NCBI GenBank assembly: GCA_036384395.1
Contig: DASVMK010000098.1
Coordinates: 93-64,092, forward strand
DNA: 64,000 nucleotides
Direction: 5' to 3'
From: Novosphingobium sp.
Lineage (GTDB): Bacteria; Pseudomonadota; Alphaproteobacteria; Sphingomonadales; Sphingomonadaceae
Part shown: piece by piece, positions 44,833 through 54,750 of the stretch
Layout: each line of letters starts with the position of its first letter
How positions within the stretch are numbered: the stretch's first letter is position 1
The notes under the pieces: generated by a model
Databases searched by the model: none
What the model was told of the DNA's origin: nothing
The model's input: the letters and a program-made list of their open reading frames with translations, nothing else
Position numbers and translations under genes: made by a program

Positions 44833-46491
44833 ATGCGCCGCTACGTTACGGCCCTTGTTGCCATTCTTGTTGCCGTTGCCTCGCTTGCCGGAGCGCCGGT
44901 TCGGGCGCAGGACACTGTCCTTGAGCGAGCGCCGCCCCGGCTGGTCGTGGCGATCTCGGTCGATCAGTTCTCCGCCGATCTCTTCGCCGAATACCGCCAG
45001 CACTTCACGCAAGGGCTCGGTCGGCTGCTGCAAGGCGCGGTGTTCCCCTCGGGCTTCCAGTCGCACGCGGCGACCGAGACCTGTCCCGGCCATTCGACGA
45101 TCCTCACCGGCGCGCACCCCGCGCGGACCGGGATCGTCGCCAACAACTGGTTCGACCCCGGCCTGGCCCGCGCCGACAAGCGCGTCTATTGCGTCGAGGA
45201 CGAGCGCGACCCCGCCAGCAGCTCAGGCAACCCGGTGGTCTCGGCTCGCCATCTCAGGGTGCCGACTTTGGGCGACCGGCTGAAGGCGGCGAACCCCTCC
45301 AACCGCAATGTCGCGGTGGCGGGCAAGGACCGCGCCGCGATCATGATGGGCGGGCACGCGATCGACCAGGTCTATTGGTGGAAGAACGGGTTCGTCACGC
45401 TGGCCGGGCGCAAGCCCGATCCCGCCGCGGTGGAGGCATCCGCCGCGGCGAGCAAGCTGATCGGCGAGGGCGCGCCCGAACTGCCGGTGCCGGCGTGGTG
45501 CGCCGGCAAGGACCGGGCGATTCCGGTCGGCGGCGGCACGGTCGGCACCGGGCGCTTCGCGCTTCGCGCCGGCAACGAATTCGATTTCCGCGCCTCGCCG
45601 CGGCTCGACCGGGCGACGCTCGATCTCGCGGCGCGGCTGGCCGAGCGCATGAAGCTCGGCCGCGGCCGCGCGGCGGATGTGCTTTCGGTCAGCCTGTCGG
45701 CGACCGACTATGTCGGCCACGGCGCCGGCACCGAAGGCGTGGAGATGTGCATCCAGCTCGCCGAAGTCGACCAGGCGCTGGGCGATTTCTTCGCCCGCCT
45801 CGACGCGCAGGGTGTCGATTACGTCGCGGTGCTGACCGCCGACCACGGCGGTTTCGATTTGCCCGAGCGGCTCGTCCAGCAGGGCTATCCGGCGCGGCGC
45901 ATCGACGGCACGCTGGGGCTGAAGACGCTGGCCGCCGCGGTGCTCGCGCAGACCGGCGTGGCCGCGCCGGCGGGCGATCTGCTCTATGCCGACGGGACGG
46001 GTGGCGACATCTACCTGAGCAAGGCGCTCTCGCCCGAGGACCGGGCGAAGGTTGCGACCGCGCTTGCCGCCCTGCTGCGCGCCAATCCGCAAGTCGAGGC
46101 GGTCTTCACCGCGCAGGAACTGGCCGAGACGCCGATGCCCGCCGGCTCGCCGCAGGACTGGACGCTGCGCCAGCGCGCCCGCGCCTCGTTCGATCCCGAG
46201 CGGTCGGGGGAGGTCGTGGTACTGCTCAAGCGCGGCCTGGTGCCGATCACCCGCGGAGCCCCAGGCCGCGCCACCACGCACGGCAGCCCCTGGGATTACG
46301 ACCGCCGCGTGCCGATCCTGTTCTGGCGCAAGGGTCTGACCGGCCTCGAGCAGCCCGCGCCGGTCGAAACGGTCGACATCGCGCCGACTTTGGCCGGGAT
46401 GCTGGGGCTTGCAGTGCCGGCGGGCGCCTTCGACGGCCGCTGCCTTGATATCGATGGCGGCGCGGGGGATAGCTGTAACGCGGTGCATTAG
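44833..46491 (+). CDS. PhoK/PafA-type alkaline phosphatase
   Basis: Signal peptide, VAISVDQF, HAATETCPGHSTILTG (Thr nucleophile), KDRAA, SATDYVGH, TADHG, THGSPWDYD. The tracked 1262-aa ORF is an upstream shadow extension. Confidence 0.88.
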   Translation: MRRYVTALVAILVAVASLAGAPVRAQDTVLERAPPRLVVAISVDQFSADLFAEYRQHFTQGLGRLLQGAVFPSGFQSHAATETCPGHSTILTGAHPARTGIVANNWFDPGLARADKRVYCVEDERDPASSSGNPVVSARHLRVPTLGDRLKAANPSNRNVAVAGKDRAAIMMGGHAIDQVYWWKNGFVTLAGRKPDPAAVEASAAASKLIGEGAPELPVPAWCAGKDRAIPVGGGTVGTGRFALRAGNEFDFRASPRLDRATLDLAARLAERMKLGRGRAADVLSVSLSATDYVGHGAGTEGVEMCIQLAEVDQALGDFFARLDAQGVDYVAVLTADHGGFDLPERLVQQGYPARRIDGTLGLKTLAAAVLAQTGVAAPAGDLLYADGTGGDIYLSKALSPEDRAKVATALAALLRANPQVEAVFTAQELAETPMPAGSPQDWTLRQRARASFDPERSGEVVVLLKRGLVPITRGAPGRATTHGSPWDYDRRVPILFWRKGLTGLEQPAPVETVDIAPTLAGMLGLAVPAGAFDGRCLDIDGGAGDSCNAVH

Positions 46492-46557
46492 TTTACGGCC
46501 TAGTTTCCGTCCGGCCTGAGCTTGTCGAAGCACGCAGGCCGACGCTACAAGCCGCCA

Positions 46558-47772
46558 ATGGACGAAAGACGCGATCTCGTGATCCTCGGCGGCGGGCTGG
46601 TCGGCATGACGCTGGCGCTGGCCGCCGCGCGCGCCGGCTTCACCAGCCATGTGGTCGACCGGGCCGATGCCGCCGCGCTGACCGCCGAGGGCTTCGACGG
46701 GCGCGCCTCGGCGATTTCGACGGCGTCGTGGAACCTGTTCGGCAACATCGGCCTGACCCAGCGGCTCGAACCGCTCGGCTGTCCGATCGATTCAATCGCG
46801 GTGACCGATGCGATGAAGCCGGGTCGCATCGATTTTCGCCCCGAACCGCATGAGGGCTCGCTGGGGCGCATGTTCGCCAACCGCGACTTGCGGCTCGCGC
46901 TGTTCGAAGCGGCGCGTGCCGAGCCGCGGCTCGCCTGGCACACCGGCGCCGAAGTGCTCGCGCGCCACCGCGACGCGCACGGCGTTTCCGTCACGCTGAA
47001 GGATGGCCGCGTGCTCGAAGGCAGCCTGCTGATCGGTGCGGAAGGGCGGATATCGCCCACGCGCGAGGAAGCAGGGATCGCCGTCGCCAAGTGGGACTAC
47101 CGCCACCGCGCGATGGTCACCGCGCTGGCGCACGAGAAGTCGCACGACAACGTCGCCTGGGAGATCTTCTACCCGGCCGGGCCCTTCGCGCTGCTGCCGC
47201 TGCGCGACACCGACGACGGCCGCCACCGCAGCGCGCTCGTCTGGACCGTCGCCGAAAAGGACGCGGCCGGTTATCAGGCGCTCGGGCCCCGCGGCTTCGT
47301 CGCCGAAGTGGACAAGCGCATGCAAGGGCTGTTCGGCGCGGTCGAGCTGATCGCCCCGGTCGCCTCCTATCCGCTCGATTTCCATCACGCCGGACGCCTC
47401 ACCGCCGAACGGCTGGCGCTGGTCGGCGATGCCGCGCACGGCATCCATCCGATCGCCGGCCAGGGGCTCAACCTCGGTCTGCGCGATGTCGGCGCGCTGA
47501 TCCAGGTCCTGGCCGAAGGCGCACGGCTGGGACTCGACCCCGGCGACGCGCAGACCCTCGCCCGCTACGAGCGCTGGCGCAGCCTCGACAATTTCATGGT
47601 CGCCTCGGTCACCGACGGCATCACCCGCCTGTTCGGCGTGCCGGGCCGACTGCCCTCGGCGGTGCGCCGGCTGGGCATGGGCGCGATCCAGCGCCTGCCC
47701 GCGCTCAAGCGCTTCTTCATGGACGAGGCCCGCGGCGTCAGCGGCACGCTGCCCGAGCTGCTGCAGGGCTGA
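46558..47772 (+). CDS. UbiH/UbiF/VisC/COQ6 family FAD-dependent hydroxylase
   Basis: ILGGGLVG, RASAIS, LIGAEGRISPTR, LVGDAAHGIHPIAGQGLNLGLRD. Confidence 0.92.
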   Translation: MDERRDLVILGGGLVGMTLALAAARAGFTSHVVDRADAAALTAEGFDGRASAISTASWNLFGNIGLTQRLEPLGCPIDSIAVTDAMKPGRIDFRPEPHEGSLGRMFANRDLRLALFEAARAEPRLAWHTGAEVLARHRDAHGVSVTLKDGRVLEGSLLIGAEGRISPTREEAGIAVAKWDYRHRAMVTALAHEKSHDNVAWEIFYPAGPFALLPLRDTDDGRHRSALVWTVAEKDAAGYQALGPRGFVAEVDKRMQGLFGAVELIAPVASYPLDFHHAGRLTAERLALVGDAAHGIHPIAGQGLNLGLRDVGALIQVLAEGARLGLDPGDAQTLARYERWRSLDNFMVASVTDGITRLFGVPGRLPSAVRRLGMGAIQRLPALKRFFMDEARGVSGTLPELLQG

Positions 47773-47799
47773 TTCGGTCCTCGCCGTGCCGGGGAGGAA

Positions 47800-48708
47800 C
47801 TACGCGCCCGTCGTCGGCTGCACGGTTTCCGCGGGCGGCACGAGCGGGCTCGGCTGGTCGACCGGCTGGCCGGCATCGTTGTGGAGCCGGCGCGGTTCGA
47901 GCAGCGCGGTCGTCTCGATCAGGTCGAGCGCGCGCTGGACTTCGGCATAGCGGCGGGCCGAGGCGATCCAGTCCCGCGCCTGCGCGGCGCCGGGCAGGCG
48001 CTCGACTTCGGCGATGGCGGGATCGATCTTGCCGGCGGCAAGGAACAGGCGCGCGCGGATCAGGCGGTTTTCCGGGTTGGTCGAGCGCGTCGTCTCGCGG
48101 CGGATGACGAAGAGCCCGGCCAGCTCGCTCCGCAGCCGGGTCCAGGTGTCGCCTTCGCGCGGGGCGCGGGCCAGCGCGGCGGCCTGGGCGTCAAGGCCGC
48201 CGGTCAGGTCGTCGATCGTCACCGGCTTCTTCGCGGCGTCGATGATCGTGCGGACCGCGTTGGGCTGGGCGTCGGCGAAGCGCAGCTTGAGCTGGTTCTC
48301 GATATAGCCGAGACCGGTCCCCCGATCGATCGCGCGGCGCGCGGCGAAGGCGATCAGCAGCGCTTCGGCGCGCGCGGCGTTGCCCGAGGCGGCGTTCGCC
48401 TGCAGGTCGATCCGCGCCAGCCGCTGTTCGAGCAGCGCGATGCGCATCTCCGCGGCGTCGAGCGCCTCGTCCGACACGGCCGACGCGCCGGCCGTGGTCG
48501 GGCGGTTGGCGACTGGCTGCGGCGCGGCGCCGCGTTCGGGGCGCGGCAGATACGCGCTCAGGTCGCCGTGCCAGACCAGCCAGGCGACGCCGCCGGCCCC
48601 GAGCAGGAAGGCGATCAGTCCGGCAAGGAGTATTGTGCGCAGCGACGTGCGGCGGCGGGCCGGAGGCAGCGGCGGCGGCACGGAAGGGGAAAGCTGCTCG
48701 TCCTGCAT
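47800..48708 (-). CDS. Mitofilin/Mic60-like membrane-anchored coiled-coil protein
   Basis: Single N-terminal TM, coiled coils, C-terminal RARLFLAAGKIDPAIAEVERLP...DWIASARRY resembling the mitofilin domain; lies downstream of hemC-hemD, the usual alphaproteobacterial Mic60 position. Confidence 0.7.
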   Translation of the reverse strand: MQDEQLSPSVPPPLPPARRRTSLRTILLAGLIAFLLGAGGVAWLVWHGDLSAYLPRPERGAAPQPVANRPTTAGASAVSDEALDAAEMRIALLEQRLARIDLQANAASGNAARAEALLIAFAARRAIDRGTGLGYIENQLKLRFADAQPNAVRTIIDAAKKPVTIDDLTGGLDAQAAALARAPREGDTWTRLRSELAGLFVIRRETTRSTNPENRLIRARLFLAAGKIDPAIAEVERLPGAAQARDWIASARRYAEVQRALDLIETTALLEPRRLHNDAGQPVDQPSPLVPPAETVQPTTGA

Positions 48709-48725
48709 GCGTGTCGTCTTGTCCC

Positions 48726-48829
48726 TACAGCATCGCGCGGAAAAGTGGGAACCGGTTTTCCGTAAATAGCGATGCGACAACAAAACTTAGAGCAGGTTGT
48801 ACGATTCGGATATCGGGCAACCCGCTCTA
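48726..48829. mobile_element. ~104-bp non-autonomous palindromic element (CIR/Bru-RS/RIME-like MITE)
   Basis: Ends TACAGC...GCTCTA; core GGAAAAGTGGGAACCGGTTTTCC flanked by GCATCGC/GCGATGC; second hairpin TTAGAGCAGGTTG...CAACCCGCTCTAA. Confidence 0.75.
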
Positions 48830-49522
48830 AGGAGAGCCGTCCGCCTCTTGGCACATCCGCTGGGCCAGCGCCAGCATGGCGGCGTCGCGCGGCGTCTCGG
48901 CGATTTCCACGGCGCGCCAGCCGGGGCCCACCGCCTCGATCACATGCGCGCCGATGGCGATGAGCGATATCACGCTGCGATCGATGGCCCGCGCCTCGCA
49001 CCGCTCGGCGAAATGGCGGGCGGATTCGGCCGAATGCAGCATCACGACCGTCGGACGGGCCAGCCAGCCTTCGAGCTCGGGGGGCAGCGGGCGCGGGGCG
49101 ACGGCATAGACCGTGCGCTCCACCATCGTGGCCCCCGGCGGCGGTACCAGCGCCAGCCGCTCGCGCCCGGCCAGACGCAGGATCCGGCGATGCGCGGGGC
49201 CGACCGCGTCGAGCACCGGCTGCAAGCCGCCGCGCCCGGTGGCGACGACGTTCAAGGCCGCCGCGCGGGCCATGTCCGCGGTGGTCTCGCCGACTGCATA
49301 AGTGGGCTTGCCGGCATAAGCCGCGAGCGCCGGTCCGGCGTGGCGCAGCGCGTTGGCGCTGCCGAGCAGCAGCGCGTCGATCTCCTCGGGCGGGGGCGCG
49401 TCCCAGGTGACGGGTTCCACGTCGAACAGCGGGAAGCCCCGCACCCTGAGCCCCTGCGCGCGCGCGGCGACGACGGTGGTGGCGCAGCCCGGCTGGGGGC
49501 GGATGACGATCAGCGGGATCAT
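48827..49522 (-). CDS. hemD: Uroporphyrinogen-III synthase
   Basis: LIVIRPQPG, GFPLF, YAVGETTA, LRLAGRE, VMLHSAESAR; ATGA overlap with hemC. Confidence 0.9.
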   Translation of the reverse strand: MIPLIVIRPQPGCATTVVAARAQGLRVRGFPLFDVEPVTWDAPPPEEIDALLLGSANALRHAGPALAAYAGKPTYAVGETTADMARAAALNVVATGRGGLQPVLDAVGPAHRRILRLAGRERLALVPPPGATMVERTVYAVAPRPLPPELEGWLARPTVVMLHSAESARHFAERCEARAIDRSVISLIAIGAHVIEAVGPGWRAVEIAETPRDAAMLALAQRMCQEADGSP

Positions 49523-50472
49523 GCGCGCCCCCCGAAGTGCGCGGCGATCGCGACGGGCGCGCGGCCGAGCAGCTCGGCCGCCAGCGCCGCGGGTCCGGCC
49601 GGATCGCTCGCCCGGAAGCGCGCCTCGCCCTCGATCCGCTCGGCGCCGTCGGGGCTGAACAGCGCCGCGCGCATGTGCAGGTCCGCGCCCTCGTGGCGGG
49701 TGAGCGTCGCGATGGCGCTGTGGCACGTGCCGCCGAGCGCCGCGAGCAGCGCCCGCTCGGCCATGACCGCGTCGCGGCTGGGGGGGTGGTCGATGGCGCC
49801 GAGCAGCGCGCGCGTCGCGGCGTCGTTGGTCCGGCACTCGATGGCGATCGCGCCCTGGCCGGGGGCGGGCAGCCATTGCTCGGCGTCGAGCACGTGGCCG
49901 GTGCCGGTCTGGCCCAGGCGGTTCAAGCCGGCGGCGGCAAGCAGCGTCGCGTCGGCCTCGCCCGCCGCCAGCTTGGCCAGCCGCGTGGCGACGTTGCCGC
50001 GGATCGGCACCACCCGGCAGTCGGGCCGCGCGTGAAGCAACTGCGCCGCCCGGCGCGGGGCCGAAGTGCCGACGCGCGCGCCCTGCGGCAGCGCGCCGAT
50101 GGTCGCCGCGCCGACCAGCACGTCGCGCACGTCCTCGCGGGGGAGGAAGGCGGCGATGGCGATTTCGGCGGGGCGGATGGTCTCGACGTCCTTCGACGAA
50201 TGCACGGCGAAATCGATCTCGCCGGCCAGCAGCGCGGCGTCGAGCTCCTTGGTCCACAACGCCTTGCCGCCGATCTCGGCGAGCGGCCGGTCCTGGATCC
50301 TGTCGCCGCTGGCGGTGACGGCGACGAGCTCGACCCGGTCCTCGCTCCAGCCATGCGCGGCGCACAGCCGCGCGCGCGCCTCTTCGGCCTGGGCCAGGGC
50401 AAGGGGGGAGCTGCGGGTGCCTAAGCGCAAGGGGCGGGCCAGATGCAAAAGGGGGGAGGAAGGATTGGTCAT
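49519..50472 (-). CDS. hemC: Hydroxymethylbilane synthase (porphobilinogen deaminase)
   Basis: [55 protein letters not shown]. Confidence 0.96.
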   Translation of the reverse strand: MTNPSSPLLHLARPLRLGTRSSPLALAQAEEARARLCAAHGWSEDRVELVAVTASGDRIQDRPLAEIGGKALWTKELDAALLAGEIDFAVHSSKDVETIRPAEIAIAAFLPREDVRDVLVGAATIGALPQGARVGTSAPRRAAQLLHARPDCRVVPIRGNVATRLAKLAAGEADATLLAAAGLNRLGQTGTGHVLDAEQWLPAPGQGAIAIECRTNDAATRALLGAIDHPPSRDAVMAERALLAALGGTCHSAIATLTRHEGADLHMRAALFSPDGAERIEGEARFRASDPAGPAALAAELLGRAPVAIAAHFGGRA

Positions 50473-50517
50473 GGGGCGACTTGTGCTAGTCGCCAATTGC
50501 GTTCAGGGAAAGCCGGG

Positions 50518-51552
50518 ATGAGGGTAGTCCTTGGCATCGAGAGCTCGTGCGACGAGACCGCCGCCGCTTTGGTGCGTGCCGACCGGACGATCCTTGCCCA
50601 ACGCATCGCCTCGCAGGACGAGGTGCACGCGCCTTACGGCGGCGTCGTTCCCGAGATCGCCGCGCGCGCGCATGCGGAGAAGCTCGCGCCGCTCATTGAG
50701 GGCACTTTGGCGGACGCCGGCATGGAGCTGAGGGACGTTGACGGCATCGCCGCCACCGCCGGGCCGGGGCTGATCGGCGGGGTGATGGTCGGTCTGGTGA
50801 CCGGCAAGGCGCTGGCGATGGCCAGCGGCAAGCCGCTGATCGCGATCAATCACCTGGAAGGCCACGCGCTGTCGCCGCGGCTGGCCGACGCCTCGCTCGC
50901 CTATCCCTACCTGCTGCTGCTCGTCTCGGGCGGGCATTGCCAGTTGCTGGAGGTCGAAGGCGTCGGCCGCTACCGCCGCCTCGCCACGACGATCGACGAT
51001 GCGCTGGGCGAAGCCTTCGACAAGACCGCCAAGATCCTCGGCCTCGGCTATCCCGGCGGCCCGGCGGTCGAGCGCCTCGCGGCGCGGGGCGAGGCAAGGG
51101 CGGTGCCGCTGCCGCGCCCCTTGCTGGGCAGCGCCGAGCCGCATTTCTCCTTCGCCGGCCTCAAGAGCGCGGTGATGCGGGCCAAGCAGGCCAATACCCA
51201 CCGCGATGCCGATATCGCCGCCGCCTTCCAGCAAGCCGCGATCGACTGCGTACTCGATCGCACCACGCGCGCTCTGGGGGCGGCGGGCGCGGTGACCGCG
51301 CTCGTCGTCGCCGGCGGGGTCGCGGCCAACACGGCGATCCGCGGCGCGCTGGCCAGCCTCGCGGCGGCGAGCGGGCTGCGCTTCGTCGCGCCGCCGCTGT
51401 CGCTCTGCACCGACAACGCGGCGATGATCGGCTGGGCCGGCATCGAACGCCTGGCGCTGGGCGAGGAGAGTCCGCTCGACTTCGCCGCCCGGCCGCGCTG
51501 GCCGCTCGATCCGGACGCCGCGCCGGTGCGCGGCGCGGGGGTTAAGGCATGA
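50518..51552 (+). CDS. tsaD: tRNA N6-adenosine threonylcarbamoyltransferase
   Basis: [55 protein letters not shown]. Confidence 0.97.
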   Translation: MRVVLGIESSCDETAAALVRADRTILAQRIASQDEVHAPYGGVVPEIAARAHAEKLAPLIEGTLADAGMELRDVDGIAATAGPGLIGGVMVGLVTGKALAMASGKPLIAINHLEGHALSPRLADASLAYPYLLLLVSGGHCQLLEVEGVGRYRRLATTIDDALGEAFDKTAKILGLGYPGGPAVERLAARGEARAVPLPRPLLGSAEPHFSFAGLKSAVMRAKQANTHRDADIAAAFQQAAIDCVLDRTTRALGAAGAVTALVVAGGVAANTAIRGALASLAAASGLRFVAPPLSLCTDNAAMIGWAGIERLALGEESPLDFAARPRWPLDPDAAPVRGAGVKA

Positions 51553-51568
51553 TGGCGGGGGAAGAGTG

Positions 51569-52570
51569 ATGGCGGAAAAAGCGAAACTGGGCGTGCTGGG
51601 CGGCGGCGCCTGGGGCACCGCGCTGGCGCAGGCGCTGGCGAGCGACGGCAGCGATGTCGTCCTCTGGGCGCGCGAGCCCGAGCTGGTGGTGGAGATCAAT
51701 GCGCACCACCGTAACAGCCTCTACCTGCCGGGCGCGCCGCTTTCGCCCCATATCCGGGCGACCGGGAATCTCGCCGATCTCGGCGGCATCGGCGTGCTGC
51801 TGGCGGTCGTGCCGGCGCAGTTCCTCGCCGGTGTCCTCGCCGGATTGCCCGCCGGCGCGCGCGATCTCGTACTGTGCTCGAAGGGGATCGAGGCGGGCAG
51901 CGGCCGGCTGATGGCCGATGTCGCGCGCGATGCCGCCCCCCAGGCGGGCCTCGCCGTGCTCTCGGGGCCGACCTTCGCGCACGAGGTCGCCGCCGGGCTG
52001 CCGACCGCGGTGACGCTGGCCTGCTCGGGCGGCGAGGCACAGTGGCGACGGCTCTCGGCGGCGCTGGCCCGGCCCGCGCTGCGGCCCTACTTTTCGGACG
52101 ATGTCGTCGGCGCCGAGGTCGGCGGCGCGATCAAGAACGTGTTGGCGATCGCCTGCGGCGTCGTCGAGGGGCTGCGGCTCGGCCAGAACGCCCGCTCCGC
52201 GCTGATCGCGCGCGGCTATGCCGAAATGCTGCGCTTCGGCGCGGTTCGCGGAGCGCGGGCGGAGACGCTGTCGGGCCTCTGCGGGCTGGGCGACCTGGTG
52301 CTGACGTGCTCGTCCACATCGAGCCGCAACTTCTCGCTCGGCAAGGCGCTGGGCGAAGGCATGACCGCGGCCGAGGCGCTGTCGGGCAAGGCGACCGTGG
52401 CCGAAGGCGCGGCGACCGCGCCGGTGCTGGCCGAGCTCGCCCGCCGCGACGGTGTCGACATGCCGATCGTCGAAGCGGTCTGCCGCCTGCTCGCCGGCGA
52501 AGCGCCGGCGCGCGTGGTGGTCGCCGACCTGCTCGCCCGACCGCTGCGCGCGGAAGGACGCCCGGCTTGA
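51569..52570 (+). CDS. gpsA: NAD(P)H-dependent glycerol-3-phosphate dehydrogenase
   Basis: GGGAWGTALA, LSGPTFA, GAIKNVLAIACG, GLGDLVLTCSS..SRN. Confidence 0.96.
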   Translation: MAEKAKLGVLGGGAWGTALAQALASDGSDVVLWAREPELVVEINAHHRNSLYLPGAPLSPHIRATGNLADLGGIGVLLAVVPAQFLAGVLAGLPAGARDLVLCSKGIEAGSGRLMADVARDAAPQAGLAVLSGPTFAHEVAAGLPTAVTLACSGGEAQWRRLSAALARPALRPYFSDDVVGAEVGGAIKNVLAIACGVVEGLRLGQNARSALIARGYAEMLRFGAVRGARAETLSGLCGLGDLVLTCSSTSSRNFSLGKALGEGMTAAEALSGKATVAEGAATAPVLAELARRDGVDMPIVEAVCRLLAGEAPARVVVADLLARPLRAEGRPA

Positions 52571-54045
52571 GCGAAGCGGCTTCGCAGGCGGACATCGCCG
52601 CGCTCGCCAAGGGCGGGCGGACGAATTTCTTCGGCTTTCTGCTGCGTCTGGCCGCGCGCGTGCCGTTCCTGTTCATCGCCGGCCGCCTCTACGGCGCCGA
52701 CGCGCTCGGCCGTTTCGCCTCGGCGCTGGTGGTGATCGAACTGTGCGGATTGATCGCCACGCTCGGCCTCAAGCGCGGCCTGGCCAAGAGCCTGTCGGAC
52801 GACGAGCGCTCCGCCGCCAGCATCGTGGCCGACGCGATGCTCGCCAGCCTGGCCGCGGCGGTGCTGCTCGCCGGGCTGCTGTTCGTCTTTCCCGCACCGA
52901 TGTTCCCCAGCGGCATCCGCTACGACCTAGACCTGCTGCTGCCGATATCGATCCTGCCGCTCGCCGCGACCGACGTGGCGCTGGCGGCGCTCGCCTATCG
53001 CTACAATGTCAAGGCGACGGTGCAGGCGCGTGCCGTGGTCGAGCCGTGGACGCTGTCGATCGCGGCGGCGGCACTGTGGTTCGTGGTGCCGCACGGCGGC
53101 CTGTCGCTGGCCTACATCCTGTCGAACTTCACCGCCGCGGCGGCCGCGCTGGTGCCGCTGGCGCGCTGCTATGGCCGTCCGCACGACTGGCGGCCGAACC
53201 CGCGGCGGATGCTCAAGGTCATCCAGACGTACTATCCGCTGGCCGTCGCCGATCTCGTCGAATGGGGCTCGCGCCGGCTCGACTTGTTCATCCTCGGCTT
53301 CTTCGCCTCGCCGGCGGCGGTCGGCATCTACTGGGCCGCGCAGCAGGTCGCCAGCCTGCCGCAGAAGCTGAAGACGAGCTTCGAGCCGATCCTCGGCCCG
53401 GTCATCACCCGCAATCTCAAGGAGCGAAACTATGGCGCCATCGCCGCGCAAGTCTCGCAAGTAGGCTTCTGGATCGTCGCCGCCCAGGCCGGCATCGCGC
53501 TGGCGCTCGGCATTCCGGGCGAGGGCGTGATGGGCCTGGTCGGCCCGGCCTTCGTCGGCGGCACCGGGGCGCTCGCCTTCCTGCTCGCGGCCGAAGTGGT
53601 CGCGGCCAGCGCCGTGGTGAGCGAGGCGGCGCTGGTGTACGTGGCGCGGATGCGCAACCTGGCGATCTCGCTCGCCACGATCGCGCTGCAGGCGGGGCTG
53701 ACCGTGGGGGGCATCCTGCTGGTGAGCGAGCTCGGCTACGACCAGCTCTACCGCGCCGCCGCCGCCGCCGCCGCGCTGATGGTGGCGCTGGGCCTCGCGT
53801 CGCTGGCCAAGTCGCAGCTTCTCGCGCATTTGCTCGGTCGGCGGCTCCACACCTGGCGCTGGCCGCTGCTCTGGGCGGCCGCCCCGGCGGTGACGATCGG
53901 CTGGCTGGCGACCCGCTTCCTTCCCGAATGGGCCGAGCTGGCCTTCGGCGTGCCGGCGGTTCTGCTCTCCTATGGCTGGATGATCTGGCGCTACGGATTC
54001 GGTCCCGACGACCGGGTGCTGTTCCGCAAGAATGTCGGGGCCTGA
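52567..54045 (+). CDS. MOP-superfamily oligosaccharide flippase
   Basis: About 12-14 TM segments, LYGADALG, D..ILG.....AVGIY; TTG start overlapping the gpsA stop. Confidence 0.8.
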   Translation: MSEAASQADIAALAKGGRTNFFGFLLRLAARVPFLFIAGRLYGADALGRFASALVVIELCGLIATLGLKRGLAKSLSDDERSAASIVADAMLASLAAAVLLAGLLFVFPAPMFPSGIRYDLDLLLPISILPLAATDVALAALAYRYNVKATVQARAVVEPWTLSIAAAALWFVVPHGGLSLAYILSNFTAAAAALVPLARCYGRPHDWRPNPRRMLKVIQTYYPLAVADLVEWGSRRLDLFILGFFASPAAVGIYWAAQQVASLPQKLKTSFEPILGPVITRNLKERNYGAIAAQVSQVGFWIVAAQAGIALALGIPGEGVMGLVGPAFVGGTGALAFLLAAEVVAASAVVSEAALVYVARMRNLAISLATIALQAGLTVGGILLVSELGYDQLYRAAAAAAALMVALGLASLAKSQLLAHLLGRRLHTWRWPLLWAAAPAVTIGWLATRFLPEWAELAFGVPAVLLSYGWMIWRYGFGPDDRVLFRKNVGA

Positions 54046-54144
54046 ATGTCGGCTTCTGAGCGGGCATGACGTTGGCAGGTGGGTTCGTCGCTGGTAAGCG
54101 TCGCGTTCGCGGCTGCGGGAAGCCGCTTTTGGGGAGATCATTGC

Positions 54145-54678
54145 ATGCGTTCGATCATCGTCCTGCCGCTCGTCGCGGCGCTGGCGCTCACGGCTTGCGG
54201 CCGCGATGACAAGCCCAAGAGCGAGGAAGAGGTGAAGGACGCGATGGCCAACATGGTCAAGCCCACGCCCGGCCTCTACCGCTCGACCGCCAAGCTGATG
54301 AGCTTCGACGTGCCCGGCATGCCGCCCGCGCAGGCGGAGCGGATGAAGGAGATGTTCTCGCAGCAGCAGGGCCGCGACTTCTGCCTGACCAAGGCCGAAG
54401 CCGACAAGGGCTATGAGGAGATGACCAAGAAGCTGGCCGAGGGCAACTGCAAGTACGACCGCTTCGACGCCCGCGGCAACACGCTCGACGCCAAGCTGAC
54501 CTGCCAGACCGGCAAGGACATGACCGCGACGATCGAGATGAAGGGCACGATGTCGGCCGAAGGCTCGCAGATGCGGATGAAAGTGGCGCAGGCCGCGCCC
54601 AACATGCCCAATGGCGGCCAGGTCAAGATGGAAGCCGATGTCGCCTCGCAGCGGATCGGCGATTGCCCCGGCGGCTGA
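54145..54678 (+). CDS. DUF3617-family lipoprotein
   Basis: Lipobox LTAC, PGLY, CLTK, C.Y.RFD, SQRIGDC. Confidence 0.8.
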   Translation: MRSIIVLPLVAALALTACGRDDKPKSEEEVKDAMANMVKPTPGLYRSTAKLMSFDVPGMPPAQAERMKEMFSQQQGRDFCLTKAEADKGYEEMTKKLAEGNCKYDRFDARGNTLDAKLTCQTGKDMTATIEMKGTMSAEGSQMRMKVAQAAPNMPNGGQVKMEADVASQRIGDCPGG

Positions 54679-54689
54679 CTCGCGAAACG

Positions 54690-54714
54690 GCAACCCCGGA
54701 GCGTCCGTTCCGTT
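54690..54714 (+). promoter_or_regulatory. Candidate EcfG promoter GCAAC-N16-CGTT
   Basis: One mismatch to GGAAC; 37 bp upstream of the hydrolase start. Confidence 0.4.
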
Positions 54715-54750
54715 CAGCTTCTGTAGTCGTTCCGATGGTTAGCGAGGGGC

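Noticed and set aside
42703-46491. Apparent 1262-aa giant protein
   Set aside because: Only the last 552 aa (from ATG 44833, with signal peptide and AAGGA RBS) are a phosphatase; the rest is antisense to the DsbD-like gene.
46506-46530. CCTGAGCTTGTCGAAG, a fragment of a known sphingomonad REP type
   Set aside because: Only one arm is present with no complementary partner nearby; at most a degenerate remnant.
51550-51575. TGATGGCGG duplicated at the tsaD-gpsA junction
   Set aside because: A 9-bp match is too short to exclude chance; no functional consequence is evident.
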